64,000 nt of DNA from a virus, in IMG/VR virus record IMGVR_UViG_3300008262_003578; one strand, written 5' to 3'. Under the pieces are notes generated by a model. The model was not told the origin of the DNA and did not search any database. It saw nothing but the letters and a program-made list of their open reading frames with translations. How positions within the stretch are numbered: the first letter of the stretch is position 1; each line of letters begins with the position of its first letter. Below, in pieces: positions 1 through 9,733 of this stretch. A program made the translations under genes and the position numbers.

Positions 1-1
1 T

Positions 2-229
2 TGGGCGACTGATACTGTTAATTTATATGAAAAAAAACCAATACTTCATATGGCTGGAGTGACTCAAGATTTAAGAAATACAAAATTCTATAAAGGGGAT
101 TATATTAATCAGGACCCACTTCAAAAACTTGAAGAAAATCCTAACTATTTTAATTATATAGATAAACATAGCTCAACCATTAAATATATTGAAGTTATGA
201 AGTCATTAATTAATAAAAAAACCAAATAA
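2..229 (+). CDS. 3' end of a gene entering the window; possible glycosyltransferase-like protein
   Basis: Open frame 2 to TAA at 227-229: WATDTVNLYEKKPILHMAGV...FYKGDYINQDP...; the WATD/ILHxAGV/FYKG pattern resembles C-termini of putative glycosyltransferase-like proteins (recognition from memory only). Confidence 0.45.
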   Translation, partial: WATDTVNLYEKKPILHMAGVTQDLRNTKFYKGDYINQDPLQKLEENPNYFNYIDKHSSTIKYIEVMKSLINKKTK

Positions 230-256
230 CACATTATTTATATAAAAAAAACTGTA

Positions 257-1114
257 ATGTCAGAAAACGTTAATGAATGTTCACCTATAACCATTTTCCC
301 TATGGGTGTGGTATGTGTTGTGACTAATCCTAGTAAACCTAGAGCATCTAACGGTACCGCAACTTTAATTATAACAGGAGGGACACCACCATATAATATT
401 GTGTGGGAAAATGGGAATAATACAGTTTCAATAGATAATCTGTCGGAAGGGTCTTATTCGGCAACAATAACTGATTATTATGGTGATTTTATTATTAATA
501 CAACTTGTGTTCTAACAACTCAGGGGACAACTACTACCACAACAACATCAACAACAACATCTCAACCAACTTATGATTTTTGTATGGTTATTTCATATTA
601 CGATTATGTTGGTAAACAAGTTACTGAAGTTAACTTGCTAATTCACTTTAACCCTAATGGATTATATGACGGATACCCAACTTGGATTTCAGATGATATG
701 TTATATTCTATAATATGGGATACAGTTGACAACAGATGGGAATTGGTTGACACATTAACTAATTTAGTTGTTATAAATAATAACCCAGCATACCCACCAT
801 TAAGTGGTTGGAACATATTAGGTGTTGATGGAAGTGTAACTGTTTACGAAGGTGAATGTCAAAATAATGATAATTTAACCATAAGTGCAAGTGTTAATTA
901 TAAAGGTTGTGATTACAGTTGTTTAAATTCTATCACAATTACTGGTGGCGGAGGGGTACCACCTTATCAATACTCCATAGATGGGGGGGTTACTTGGGTG
1001 AGTAGCCCAATATTCCAAGGAATATGTAATGGGTTATATTCACCACAAATAAAGGATTCATTGGGTACTATCGTCGCTAGCAATAATATAACAGTTATAG
1101 GAATACCTTGCTAA
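257..1114 (+). CDS. SprB-repeat-containing putative virion/structural protein
   Basis: NGTATLIITGGTPPYNIVWENG...DNLSEGSYSATITDYYG and ITITGGGGVPPYQYSIDGG...GLYSPQIKDSLG match the SprB repeat pattern; poly-Thr linker; TATTTAT at 235-241. Confidence 0.65.
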   Translation: MSENVNECSPITIFPMGVVCVVTNPSKPRASNGTATLIITGGTPPYNIVWENGNNTVSIDNLSEGSYSATITDYYGDFIINTTCVLTTQGTTTTTTTSTTTSQPTYDFCMVISYYDYVGKQVTEVNLLIHFNPNGLYDGYPTWISDDMLYSIIWDTVDNRWELVDTLTNLVVINNNPAYPPLSGWNILGVDGSVTVYEGECQNNDNLTISASVNYKGCDYSCLNSITITGGGGVPPYQYSIDGGVTWVSSPIFQGICNGLYSPQIKDSLGTIVASNNITVIGIPC

Positions 1115-1144
1115 TTTTTAAAATAAGATATTTATAAATAAAAT

Positions 1145-3580
1145 ATGAGTTATATAATAAAAAATACATCAGCGTTAATTAATAGTAGGTTAACTGATAC
1201 GGGAAGACAAAGGTTATCCGAAGGTAATTTTAATATTTCATATTTCCAAATTGGGGATAGTGAGGTGTCATATGATGTATTACCAAGTTCGTATAACCAA
1301 TATAATACGATGATATTGGAACCAGCATTTAATGCTCAAAATTCAAGTGGAGTTCCTCAATCAAACAAACAAAATGTTAAATATCCTTACTACGTTGATG
1401 GTTTTACGGGTAATACTTATGGGATTCCTTATATGGATTCAGTAGTAAGTCCTGTATATAATAGGGCGGAGCCTAGAGGTTTTTTTACGGGAATTACGGT
1501 TAATGATTTTACATCTTGGAGTGCTTATACTGATAATAGTCATACTATTAACTCTAATTATATAGTTGATATGACTACATTAAATGGGTCAAATATCATT
1601 GAAATTATTTATTCTGGTTGTAACCTAAATATAGGTAGATTACCTCAAGTTGGTGATTTTATTACAATATATTATGATGGTATGGCTAAACAAGATTGTG
1701 GGTGTGGCACTGAAACTACCACAACAACCACAACCACCACTATACCACCAACCACAACGACAACGACAACAATACCTTGTGAAACAACTACTACTACAAC
1801 AACAGTGTTCCCAACACCGACCCCTGTAGAAGTACCTAATTGTGCGATGTCAATGTATAGCTGTTATCCAATATTAACATATAGGATTATTGATGTATGT
1901 CATAACCAAATCACATTAGATAGACCTACACCTGACTTTACTTATTTGTTGGGGAATTGTTATTCCCGAACTTTAATATACCCACCAGCAATGGTACCTT
2001 TTTATGATAGTGAAACTCCCTTACAACATTTTGGAATTGATGTGATTGATTTTGAATCAGTTTGTAATACTGACCAATTAGATGTTAAGATATGGAATAT
2101 GAATATTCCTTGGTCAGAAACTTTAGCTGGTATTAATAATTCGGTATATAAAGGATTTAGTGACTTTGGTTCGGTTGATTATATTGGAACTAAAGAATAT
2201 TTGGGGTATCAATCAAGTTCAGGTCAGACCGATACTGATTCGGTATATTTTTATAATTCATTTGATGAAAAGGTTGTGGTAACACCTGAAGAACAAAAGG
2301 CTATTGCTATTATTCATTACACTAATCAAACTATTGATTTTGTTTATGGTGAAAAATTCGCATTAGAACCATTAGACCCGAATGTACCTGAAGATACTTT
2401 AGGACAAGCAAGAAATTTTAAAATGTGTTTACCTTGGTTAATGTGGCATAAAAACCCTGATTGTTGTCAAGGGCAATGTTTTTATGTGGACCCTCCAGGA
2501 TTTGAGGAGTTTGATTTATTTCAAGTAGAATATATTGAGTCTAAGAAAAACATTGATATGAATTTACCTGGTATTCGTTACTATCATCTTTGGGATACTA
2601 ACCCTAATAGTAACGGATTACCTAATAGAATTGGGAAAGTATTTCCTGACCACAAAATTGTGGTTATAGACGATGAGGAGATTATAGCTGCAATGTCGTA
2701 TAAATCAAATAGAAACTGGACATTACCAGCACCTAAAACATCTTTAGTTACACCTAATACTTGTGGAAGTGAAAGTCAATCAACCCAAGGAGTTTTAACG
2801 GGTAATACTGAATATATGTATGTTACTTATAGATTAAGTAATGATATGTCATTTACCAATTCATTACATTGCAATTATTACATTAAACAACAGGGTCCTA
2901 ATCTAAATTGTAATGATATTTCATCACAAAATGTTGCGGTGAGATTCGGAGGTGAATTTGGGTGTTTAAATTACCAACCGTACAATCCATCTACAACAAC
3001 TACCACAACAAGTGTCTATACAACAACTACAACAACCATTTGTCCGACGAATTGTGATATTACAACAGGATATTTAGGAACCAAATTTGAAATAATTTGT
3101 CAAAAAGTAACTGGTGATGGAAGACCTGACCCTACGGATTGGAAAATTATTGATTTCACCGATTTATTATCTGCAACCACAATTAATGGTCACATTACTC
3201 AAGATGGATTGACAGGTACAACATTTGTGATTACTGATGATTTATATAACAATGCCCCCACTTATGATTTAAGTGATTATCTTGATTTAACAACACTTGG
3301 TGATACTGGTACCCAACTTAATTTTGGTGATGAGTTTTATTTTTATGGAACACTTGAAACGGATATTCAAGCAACTATATATGAGATGAGGTACAAAATT
3401 AATTTAAGTCAAGCCGAATTCCAAGCAAGTTCAAACCCTGGATGGGTCAATGGTACAACATCTTACATAACTGAAGTTGGACTTTATAATTCTAAAAAAG
3501 AGCTTATGATTATATCAAAATTGCAATCACCAACACCAAGACAAGGGATTCAGCAATTTGTTATAAAATTTGATTTTTAA
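1145..3580 (+). CDS. Large structural (baseplate/tail-associated) protein with Thr-rich inserts
   Basis: N-terminal LTDTGRQRL..G.F.ISYFQIGDSE and C-terminal ITEVGLYN..KELMIISKL motifs typical of jumbo-phage tail/baseplate proteins; poly-Thr/Cys inserts; TATTTAT at 1129-1135. Confidence 0.55.
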   Translation: MSYIIKNTSALINSRLTDTGRQRLSEGNFNISYFQIGDSEVSYDVLPSSYNQYNTMILEPAFNAQNSSGVPQSNKQNVKYPYYVDGFTGNTYGIPYMDSVVSPVYNRAEPRGFFTGITVNDFTSWSAYTDNSHTINSNYIVDMTTLNGSNIIEIIYSGCNLNIGRLPQVGDFITIYYDGMAKQDCGCGTETTTTTTTTTIPPTTTTTTTIPCETTTTTTTVFPTPTPVEVPNCAMSMYSCYPILTYRIIDVCHNQITLDRPTPDFTYLLGNCYSRTLIYPPAMVPFYDSETPLQHFGIDVIDFESVCNTDQLDVKIWNMNIPWSETLAGINNSVYKGFSDFGSVDYIGTKEYLGYQSSSGQTDTDSVYFYNSFDEKVVVTPEEQKAIAIIHYTNQTIDFVYGEKFALEPLDPNVPEDTLGQARNFKMCLPWLMWHKNPDCCQGQCFYVDPPGFEEFDLFQVEYIESKKNIDMNLPGIRYYHLWDTNPNSNGLPNRIGKVFPDHKIVVIDDEEIIAAMSYKSNRNWTLPAPKTSLVTPNTCGSESQSTQGVLTGNTEYMYVTYRLSNDMSFTNSLHCNYYIKQQGPNLNCNDISSQNVAVRFGGEFGCLNYQPYNPSTTTTTTSVYTTTTTTICPTNCDITTGYLGTKFEIICQKVTGDGRPDPTDWKIIDFTDLLSATTINGHITQDGLTGTTFVITDDLYNNAPTYDLSDYLDLTTLGDTGTQLNFGDEFYFYGTLETDIQATIYEMRYKINLSQAEFQASSNPGWVNGTTSYITEVGLYNSKKELMIISKLQSPTPRQGIQQFVIKFDF

Positions 3581-3584
3581 AATT

Positions 3585-4193
3585 ATGAGTAAAACCTTAA
3601 AAGAAAGCCCAAAAGTTTTGGGTTTAGATATCTCAACTCGTACCATAGGGTGGGCGTTATTTGATATAAAAAATCAAGAATTATTAGAATTGACTCACAT
3701 ATCGCCAAGACCAAAATCAAAAGATAATGGTGAGAATAGTAAAATAAAAGAACTATTATTAAAGGCCGAGATATTTAGAACCAAATTACTTGAATATAAA
3801 AATTTAGGTATCGTTAAAGTCATTATAGAAGAACCATTATTGAATTCAAACAATATTAATACGGTCCAAACCCTATTAAGATTTAATAGTTTTCTTTGTA
3901 AAGAAATATATGATATGTTAGGGATTGTACCTGAGTTTATTTCTACGTATAATTCAAGAAAGTTTGCATTTCCTGAACTAGTCCAACAAAATGATAAAGG
4001 GAAATATGTTTTATTTGGTGGTTTACCAAAAGATATTGATAAGAAAATGATTATATGGGAAAAAGTTGCAAAACTTGAACCACAAATTCAATGGTTGTAT
4101 ACTAAGAACAATACCCTTAAAAAAGAAAATTTTGACCAAACAGATGCCTATTGTTGTGTCCTTGGTTATATGAAACAACTTGAAGTTTGGTAA
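3585..4193 (+). CDS. RuvC-like Holliday junction resolvase
   Basis: VLGLDISTRTIGW (catalytic D), VIIEEP (E), FDQTDAYC (DxxD) RNase H-fold pattern; start moved to ATG 3585. Confidence 0.75.
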   Translation: MSKTLKESPKVLGLDISTRTIGWALFDIKNQELLELTHISPRPKSKDNGENSKIKELLLKAEIFRTKLLEYKNLGIVKVIIEEPLLNSNNINTVQTLLRFNSFLCKEIYDMLGIVPEFISTYNSRKFAFPELVQQNDKGKYVLFGGLPKDIDKKMIIWEKVAKLEPQIQWLYTKNNTLKKENFDQTDAYCCVLGYMKQLEVW

Positions 4194-4433
4194 TTATACA
4201 CTTTCAGTAAACCATTCTGGACCTGATAAAATAGTAATCATTTCTGAGTTATTATACGGACCTTCCATATAACTTAAATCAATAAGAAATGTAGGGTCAG
4301 TTTCCGATTGCCATCTTATAAAAGTTTTAGTACCGTCAATACTAAATCCCAATTCAGAAATACTTCTTTCTAAAATTTGATTAAAATCAACTTTGCTAAG
4401 TTCTGATGTTAAAATAATTAAATACTTTCTCAT
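4194..4433 (-). CDS. Small conserved phage protein accompanying tail/LamG genes
   Basis: 79 aa; VDFNQILE.S...S.DGTKTFIRW...P....EGPY...E....L..PEW pattern; overlaps stop of the upstream gene. Confidence 0.6.
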   Translation of the reverse strand: MRKYLIILTSELSKVDFNQILERSISELGFSIDGTKTFIRWQSETDPTFLIDLSYMEGPYNNSEMITILSGPEWFTESV

Positions 4434-7400
4434 AAACCAAATCTATCTTTTTCTGAATTAAAATTATTGGTGACCTCAGTAGAGCTTAATTCTCTGTTAT
4501 ATATTCTAATAATAGCGATATAACCTTGGAAATATTCTTGAGGCGAACCTGCTTGGAACCTACCAACCCGTAAACTAGAAACGTTTGTAACTGTCCCAAA
4601 AGGGTCCCCATTACTACCAACTGAAGTACCGTTAAGATATAAATTACCACCACTTGGGCCGTGTGTTGCAACAACGTGAGCCCATGTATTTGCGGTTAAT
4701 ACTGTTGGTGATGATGTATAATTAATTGCCGAACCATCAGCAATAAAATTAATATTTCCCGATGTATTAATTCTCAATCTATAACCGTTATTACTATCTT
4801 TTGAAATTATATTAGGGCTATTAGTAAACCCTGTTGGTCTAATAAACGCCTCAACAGTACAACCCGTTGATAATTGTATTGATGCGTTATTACCATCTAA
4901 CCCATCATCACCAGCACCATCAAAAAGTAAACTACCATAAACTTGAGGTATATTTGGAAAATACGTAACACCCGAACTTAAGACGGTATCGTTATTATTT
5001 GTTGTTAAATCAAGTAAATTGGTACTCCCTGAATAAGAATTTTCATTACCCGCATCATACCATAAAACTAATCCTGACTGAGTTAGATTACAACTTGGAC
5101 AACACCCCACGGCTGTTACAGACCCAGCACCTGAACGGGATGGGGTAGTACTGGAACATACATATACAGGACTCTGAAAATTATTTATAATAATTGGTGA
5201 TGTTGCGGCCTCATCACAACAAGGGGTAAATGTAAATGTTGTATTCGCAGGAAATGAGTTTGACACCAATTCATACTGAAGACAACTACAAGTTGGTGTT
5301 GGTGTTGGTGTTCTTGTTGGAGTAACGGTTCTTGTAGGTGTATTTGTTGGTGTTCTTGTTGGAGTAAGAGTTCTTGTTGGTGTATTAGTAGGTGTTCTTG
5401 TTGGAGTAACGGTTCTTGTAGGTGTATTGGATGGTGTTCTTGTTGGAGTAACGGTTCTTGTAGGTGTGTTGGTAGGTGTGTTGGTAGGTGTATTTGTTGG
5501 TGTTACAGTATTAGTTGGGGTATTAGTTGAAGTTCTTGTAGGTGTATTTGTTGGTGTTCTTGTTGGAGTAACGGTTCTTGTAGGTGTATTTGTTGAGGTA
5601 TTGGTTGGTGTAACGGTTCTTGTAGGTGTATTTGTTGGTGTATTTGTTGAGGTATTGGTTGGTGTGTTAGTAGGTGTCCTTGTAGGTGTTACAGTATTAG
5701 TTGGGGTATTAGTTGAAGTTCTTGTAGGTGTGTTGGTTGGAGTATTTGTTGGAGTAACGGTTCTTGTAGGTGTATTTGTTGAGGTATTGGTTGGTGTAAC
5801 GGTTCTTGTAGGTGTATTTGTTGAGGTATTGGTTGGTGTGTTAGTAGGTGTCCTTGTAGGTGTTACAGTATTAGTAGGTGTCCTTGTAGGTGTTGCAGTA
5901 TTAGTAGGTGTTTGAGTGTTACTTGGTGTTGGTGTAGGAGTTACATCATCAGTACAGATTATTAAAGTTGCGCTTGATAACGTACCAGCATCTACTACCG
6001 CAAAATCTTGGATATATAATGACCAAGTACCATTTGAATTTGGTGGTTGTATTCCGTCAAATACAGTAAACTCAGGTGAGTTACCAGGAGCCACCAAAGG
6101 AGGTACTGGACAAGGGGCACTAAACGTCATTGAGTTTTGTATTGTAGAGTTATTACCAAATGTACCTGAACTAAATCCATTCCAATCAGGCGTTGAGAAA
6201 GACGTTAATGTAACTGTTACATTAGTTGCGGTTGTAACACCACCTATTCTACCCGCAATTAATGAATAAGTTGAATTATCAGGTGCAACTAAAACCATCC
6301 CAACGTCCCCAACCGCATTGTGAGAATAACCACTAAGTACAAATTTAACATCTGTAATTGGTGTAACTAAACCTGATACTGTAAAAGTTATAGGGTATAC
6401 TGATGCGGTTGTATTATCGTTAATTATAATATTTGTCTGATTTGAAGGGAATGAAAAACAGAATTGTGAAGGGGTTTCAGTTAATGTAGGTGTGTTTGTA
6501 GGTGTTGATGTTCTTGTAGGTGTATTTGTAGGTGTTGATGTCCTTGTAGGTGTGTTTGTTGATGTCCTTGTAGGTGTTGATGTCCTTGTAGGTGTGTTTG
6601 TTATAGTGTTAGTAGGTGTTTGGGTAGGTGTTTGGGTAGGAGTTGGTGTATTAGTTGGTGTTCTTGTTGGCGTCACCGTATTGGTCGGGGTGTTAGTTGA
6701 GGTTCTTGTCGGAGTGTTAGTTGGTGTAGATGTTCTTGTAGGTGTATTAGTCGGAGTATTTGTATTAGTCGGAGTATTAGTCGGAGTATTAGTTGGTGTT
6801 GGTGTTGGAGTTGGTGTTGGACATATACCTCCAGAACAAAATCCACCTATAGTGAATTCTAATTTAGGACTACTAACAATAGGATTACTACCACAAACTC
6901 TAAATGAATCATTACCTGGATTTGTAACACCTGTAACGGTAACATTTGAACAATCAACATAACTATATGTGATAAAACCCTCTATTGTTGTATCTAAAAA
7001 GTCAATACAATTACATGGGTATTGAGTTGGTGTTGGTGTTACAGTATTAGTTGAAGTGTTAGTTGGTGTCTGAGTATTTGTTTGAGTTGGTGTCTGAGTA
7101 CTTGTTTGAGTTGGTGTTACAGTATTTGTAGGGGTATTAGTTGGTGTATTCGTTGCGGTTCTTGTAGGGGTATTAGTTGGTGTGGATGTTCTTGTAGGGG
7201 TATTCGTTGAGGTATTCGTAGGAGTGTTAGTAGGAGTGTTAGTAGGAGTGTTAGTAGGAGTAACGGTATTTGTTGGTGTATTCGTTGCGGTATTTGTTGG
7301 TGTATTTGTTGAGGTGTTAGTAGGTGTAACAGTATTTGTTATCGTGTTTGTTGGCGTATTAGTTGGTGTATTTGTCGGTGTTATAGTGTTAGTAGGAGTA

Positions 7401-9682
7401 TTAGTTGAGGTATTCGTTGGAGTATTAGTAGGTGTAACAGTTCTTGTTGGTGTGTTAGTCGGAGTTTGAGTTGAAGTAATAGTTGGAGTTACGGTATTTG
7501 TAGGAGTGTTTGTTGGTGTCTGAGTTAATGTGTTCGTTGGTGTTAAAGTATTAGTCGGTGTATTGGTTGGAGTTTGTGTTATTGTACCTGTAGGTGTAAT
7601 TGTGTTTGTAGGTGTGTTCGTAGGGGTTTGAGTAATAGTGTTGGTTGGTGTTAAAGTATTTGTAGGTGTATTTGTAGGGGTGATAGTAGATGTTACAGTA
7701 TTTGTAGGTGTATTGGTTGGTGTTTGAGTTGATGTATTAGTAGGTGTTATAGTGTTAGTAGGTGTAACAGTTCTTGTTGGAGTATTAGTAGGTGTGTTAG
7801 TCGGAGTTTGAGTGGAAGTATTAGTTGGCGTTACAGTATTCGTTGGAGTATTTGTAGGTGTGTTGGTCGGAGTTTGGGTTGAAGTGTTTGTTGGGGTTAC
7901 AGTATTAGTTGGAGTATTCGTTGGTGTGTTAGTTGCAGTTCTTGTTGGTGTAACGGTATTCGTTGGAGTATTTGTTGATGTGTTCGTAGGTGTTTGAGTT
8001 GATGTGTTTGTTGGGGTAATAGTATTTGTCGGCGTATTAGTTGGTGTATTTGTTGATGTGTTTGTAGGTGTATTTGTTGGAGTACCTGTGTTAGTGGACG
8101 TATTAGTCGGAGTTTGTGTTGAAGTTATTGTCGGTGTAACAGTATTTGTAGGTGTATTTGTTGGAGTTTGAGTTGAAGTATTAGTTGGTGTGACAGTATT
8201 CGTAGGTGTATTAGTTGGTGTTTGAGTGGGGGTCTCAGTATTAGTTGGGGTTATCGTGTTAGTTGGCGTTTGAGTAGGTGTTTCAGTATTAGTTGGGGTT
8301 ATGGTATTAGTTGGCGTTTGAGTAGGTGTCTCTGTGTTTGTTGGTGTGATTGTGTTTGTCGGTGTGACTGTGTTAGTTGGTGTTTGAGTAGGTGTTTCAG
8401 TGTTAGTTGGAGTAATAGTGTTAGTTGGGGTAATAGTGTTAGTTGGTGTTATTGTGTTCGTAGGGGTGTTCGTGGGAGTTTCAGTGTTAGTTGGTGTTAT
8501 TGTGTTCGTAGGGGTGTTCGTAGGGGTCTCAGTATTGGTTGGTGTTATTGTGTTCGTAGGGGTGTTCGTAGGGGTCTCAGTATTGGTTGGTGTTATTGTG
8601 TTAGTCGGCGTTTGAGTAGGGGTCTCAGTATTGGTTGGGGTTATCGTGTTAGTTGGGGTAGGTGTAGGAGTTTCAGTGTTAGTTGGTGTTATTGTATTTG
8701 TTGGGGTGTTCGTAGGGGTCTCAGTATTGGTTGGTGTTAATGTGTTCGTTGGAGTGTTCGTTGGAGTTTCAGTATTAGTTGGGGTAATGGTATTAGTTGG
8801 GGTATTAGTAGGTGTTTCAGTCGGAGTTGGGGTAATGGTATTAGTTGGCGTTTGAGTAGGTGTTTCAGTATTAGTTGGAGTTATTGTATTAGTTGGTGTA
8901 ATTGTGTTAGTCGGTGTTTGAGTAGGAGTCTCAGTATTAGTAGGTGTTAATGTATTCGTAGGTGTGTTCGTAGGGGTCTCAGTATTGGTTGGTGTTATTG
9001 TGTTAGTCGGTGTTTGAGTAGGAGTTTCAGTAGGTGTATTCGTCGGAGTTTCAGTAGGTGTGTTCGTTGGTGTTTCAGTAGGTGTATTTGTTGCAGTTTT
9101 TGTTGGTGTGTTCGTCGGAGTTTCAGTTGGTGTGTTAGTTGGTGTTTCAGTTGGAGTGTTAGTTGGCGTCTCAGTTGGAGTGTTAGTAGGGGTCTCAGTT
9201 GGTGTATTTGTTGCAGTTTTTGTTGGGGTGTTAGTAGGTGTTTCAGTTGGGGTGTTAGTAGGTGTTTCAGTTGGGGTGTTAGTAGGTGTTTCAGTTGGGG
9301 TGTTAGTAGGTGTTTCAGTTGGGGTGTTAGTTGGAGTTTCAGTTGGGGTGTTAGTTGGAGTTTCAGTTGGGGTGTTAGTTGGTGTTGGAGTTGAAGTTGG
9401 AGTCGGTGTTGGAGTCGGTGTTGGAGTTGGGGTTGGGGTTGGGGTCGTAATTAGTGATATACAATAAACAATTTCAAATCGTTCACAACCATCATTTGTT
9501 ATAATTTTAATACCAACTGCAGGTGCGCTATCAAATTGACTGGGTAATAAAAATGTTGTACTTGGAGGTACTAAAGTATTAATTGTTGCAATTAGAACAC
9601 ATTGATTACCAAATACGTCACAAACGTAAATCTGATATGGGTTTGGTAAACCTGATATGTTACTTATTTCAATTGAAGTCAT
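4430..9682 (-). CDS. 1750-aa mucin-like Thr/Pro-repeat virion surface protein with Cys-rich modules, P-domain-like domain and C-terminal LamG/ConA-like domain
   Basis: Uninterrupted ORF; three [11 protein letters not shown] repeat blocks; [10 protein letters not shown]...[10 protein letters not shown] (proprotein convertase P-domain-like); C-terminal TVEAFIRP...WAHVVAT...LYLNG...[20 protein letters not shown] (Laminin_G_3-like). Confidence 0.8.
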   Translation of the reverse strand: MTSIEISNISGLPNPYQIYVCDVFGNQCVLIATINTLVPPSTTFLLPSQFDSAPAVGIKIITNDGCERFEIVYCISLITTPTPTPTPTPTPTPTPTSTPTPTNTPTETPTNTPTETPTNTPTETPTNTPTETPTNTPTETPTNTPTETPTNTPTKTATNTPTETPTNTPTETPTNTPTETPTNTPTETPTNTPTKTATNTPTETPTNTPTETPTNTPTETPTQTPTNTITPTNTETPTNTPTNTLTPTNTETPTQTPTNTITPTNTITPTNTETPTQTPTNTITPTPTETPTNTPTNTITPTNTETPTNTPTNTLTPTNTETPTNTPTNTITPTNTETPTPTPTNTITPTNTETPTQTPTNTITPTNTETPTNTPTNTITPTNTETPTNTPTNTITPTNTETPTNTPTNTITPTNTITPTNTITPTNTETPTQTPTNTVTPTNTITPTNTETPTQTPTNTITPTNTETPTQTPTNTITPTNTETPTQTPTNTPTNTVTPTNTSTQTPTNTPTNTVTPTITSTQTPTNTSTNTGTPTNTPTNTSTNTPTNTPTNTITPTNTSTQTPTNTSTNTPTNTVTPTRTATNTPTNTPTNTVTPTNTSTQTPTNTPTNTPTNTVTPTNTSTQTPTNTPTNTPTRTVTPTNTITPTNTSTQTPTNTPTNTVTSTITPTNTPTNTLTPTNTITQTPTNTPTNTITPTGTITQTPTNTPTNTLTPTNTLTQTPTNTPTNTVTPTITSTQTPTNTPTRTVTPTNTPTNTSTNTPTNTITPTNTPTNTPTNTITNTVTPTNTSTNTPTNTATNTPTNTVTPTNTPTNTPTNTPTNTSTNTPTRTSTPTNTPTRTATNTPTNTPTNTVTPTQTSTQTPTQTNTQTPTNTSTNTVTPTPTQYPCNCIDFLDTTIEGFITYSYVDCSNVTVTGVTNPGNDSFRVCGSNPIVSSPKLEFTIGGFCSGGICPTPTPTPTPTNTPTNTPTNTNTPTNTPTRTSTPTNTPTRTSTNTPTNTVTPTRTPTNTPTPTQTPTQTPTNTITNTPTRTSTPTRTSTNTPTRTSTPTNTPTRTSTPTNTPTLTETPSQFCFSFPSNQTNIIINDNTTASVYPITFTVSGLVTPITDVKFVLSGYSHNAVGDVGMVLVAPDNSTYSLIAGRIGGVTTATNVTVTLTSFSTPDWNGFSSGTFGNNSTIQNSMTFSAPCPVPPLVAPGNSPEFTVFDGIQPPNSNGTWSLYIQDFAVVDAGTLSSATLIICTDDVTPTPTPSNTQTPTNTATPTRTPTNTVTPTRTPTNTPTNTSTNTPTRTVTPTNTSTNTPTRTVTPTNTPTNTPTRTSTNTPTNTVTPTRTPTNTPTNTSTNTPTNTPTRTVTPTNTSTNTPTRTVTPTRTPTNTPTRTSTNTPTNTVTPTNTPTNTPTNTPTRTVTPTRTPSNTPTRTVTPTRTPTNTPTRTLTPTRTPTNTPTRTVTPTRTPTPTPTCSCLQYELVSNSFPANTTFTFTPCCDEAATSPIIINNFQSPVYVCSSTTPSRSGAGSVTAVGCCPSCNLTQSGLVLWYDAGNENSYSGSTNLLDLTTNNNDTVLSSGVTYFPNIPQVYGSLLFDGAGDDGLDGNNASIQLSTGCTVEAFIRPTGFTNSPNIISKDSNNGYRLRINTSGNINFIADGSAINYTSSPTVLTANTWAHVVATHGPSGGNLYLNGTSVGSNGDPFGTVTNVSSLRVGRFQAGSPQEYFQGYIAIIRIYNRELSSTEVTNNFNSEKDRFGL
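5295..5940 (-). repeat. Coding tandem repeat block C ([10 protein letters not shown]; Arg-containing)
   Basis: GT-rich 12-24 nt periodicity on + strand within the 1750-aa gene. Confidence 0.9.
6470..6820 (-). repeat. Coding tandem repeat block B (TPTN/TRTS)
   Basis: Same periodic pattern between the Cys module and the P-domain-like region. Confidence 0.85.
7025..9450 (-). repeat. Coding tandem repeat block A ([14 protein letters not shown]), ~800 codons
   Basis: Includes near-exact 24-nt units, e.g. gttagtaggtgtttcagttggggt x4 around 9230-9325. Confidence 0.9.
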
Positions 9683-9733
9683 TATATTACATAAATATTT
9701 AATTCACTTTTTTATATCTGAATAAAACTAAGT

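Noticed and set aside
5427-9467. Plus-strand ORFs of VGV/VLVG or SWC repeats
   Set aside because: Antisense shadows of the Thr/Pro repeat gene; stop-poor only because of the repeat composition
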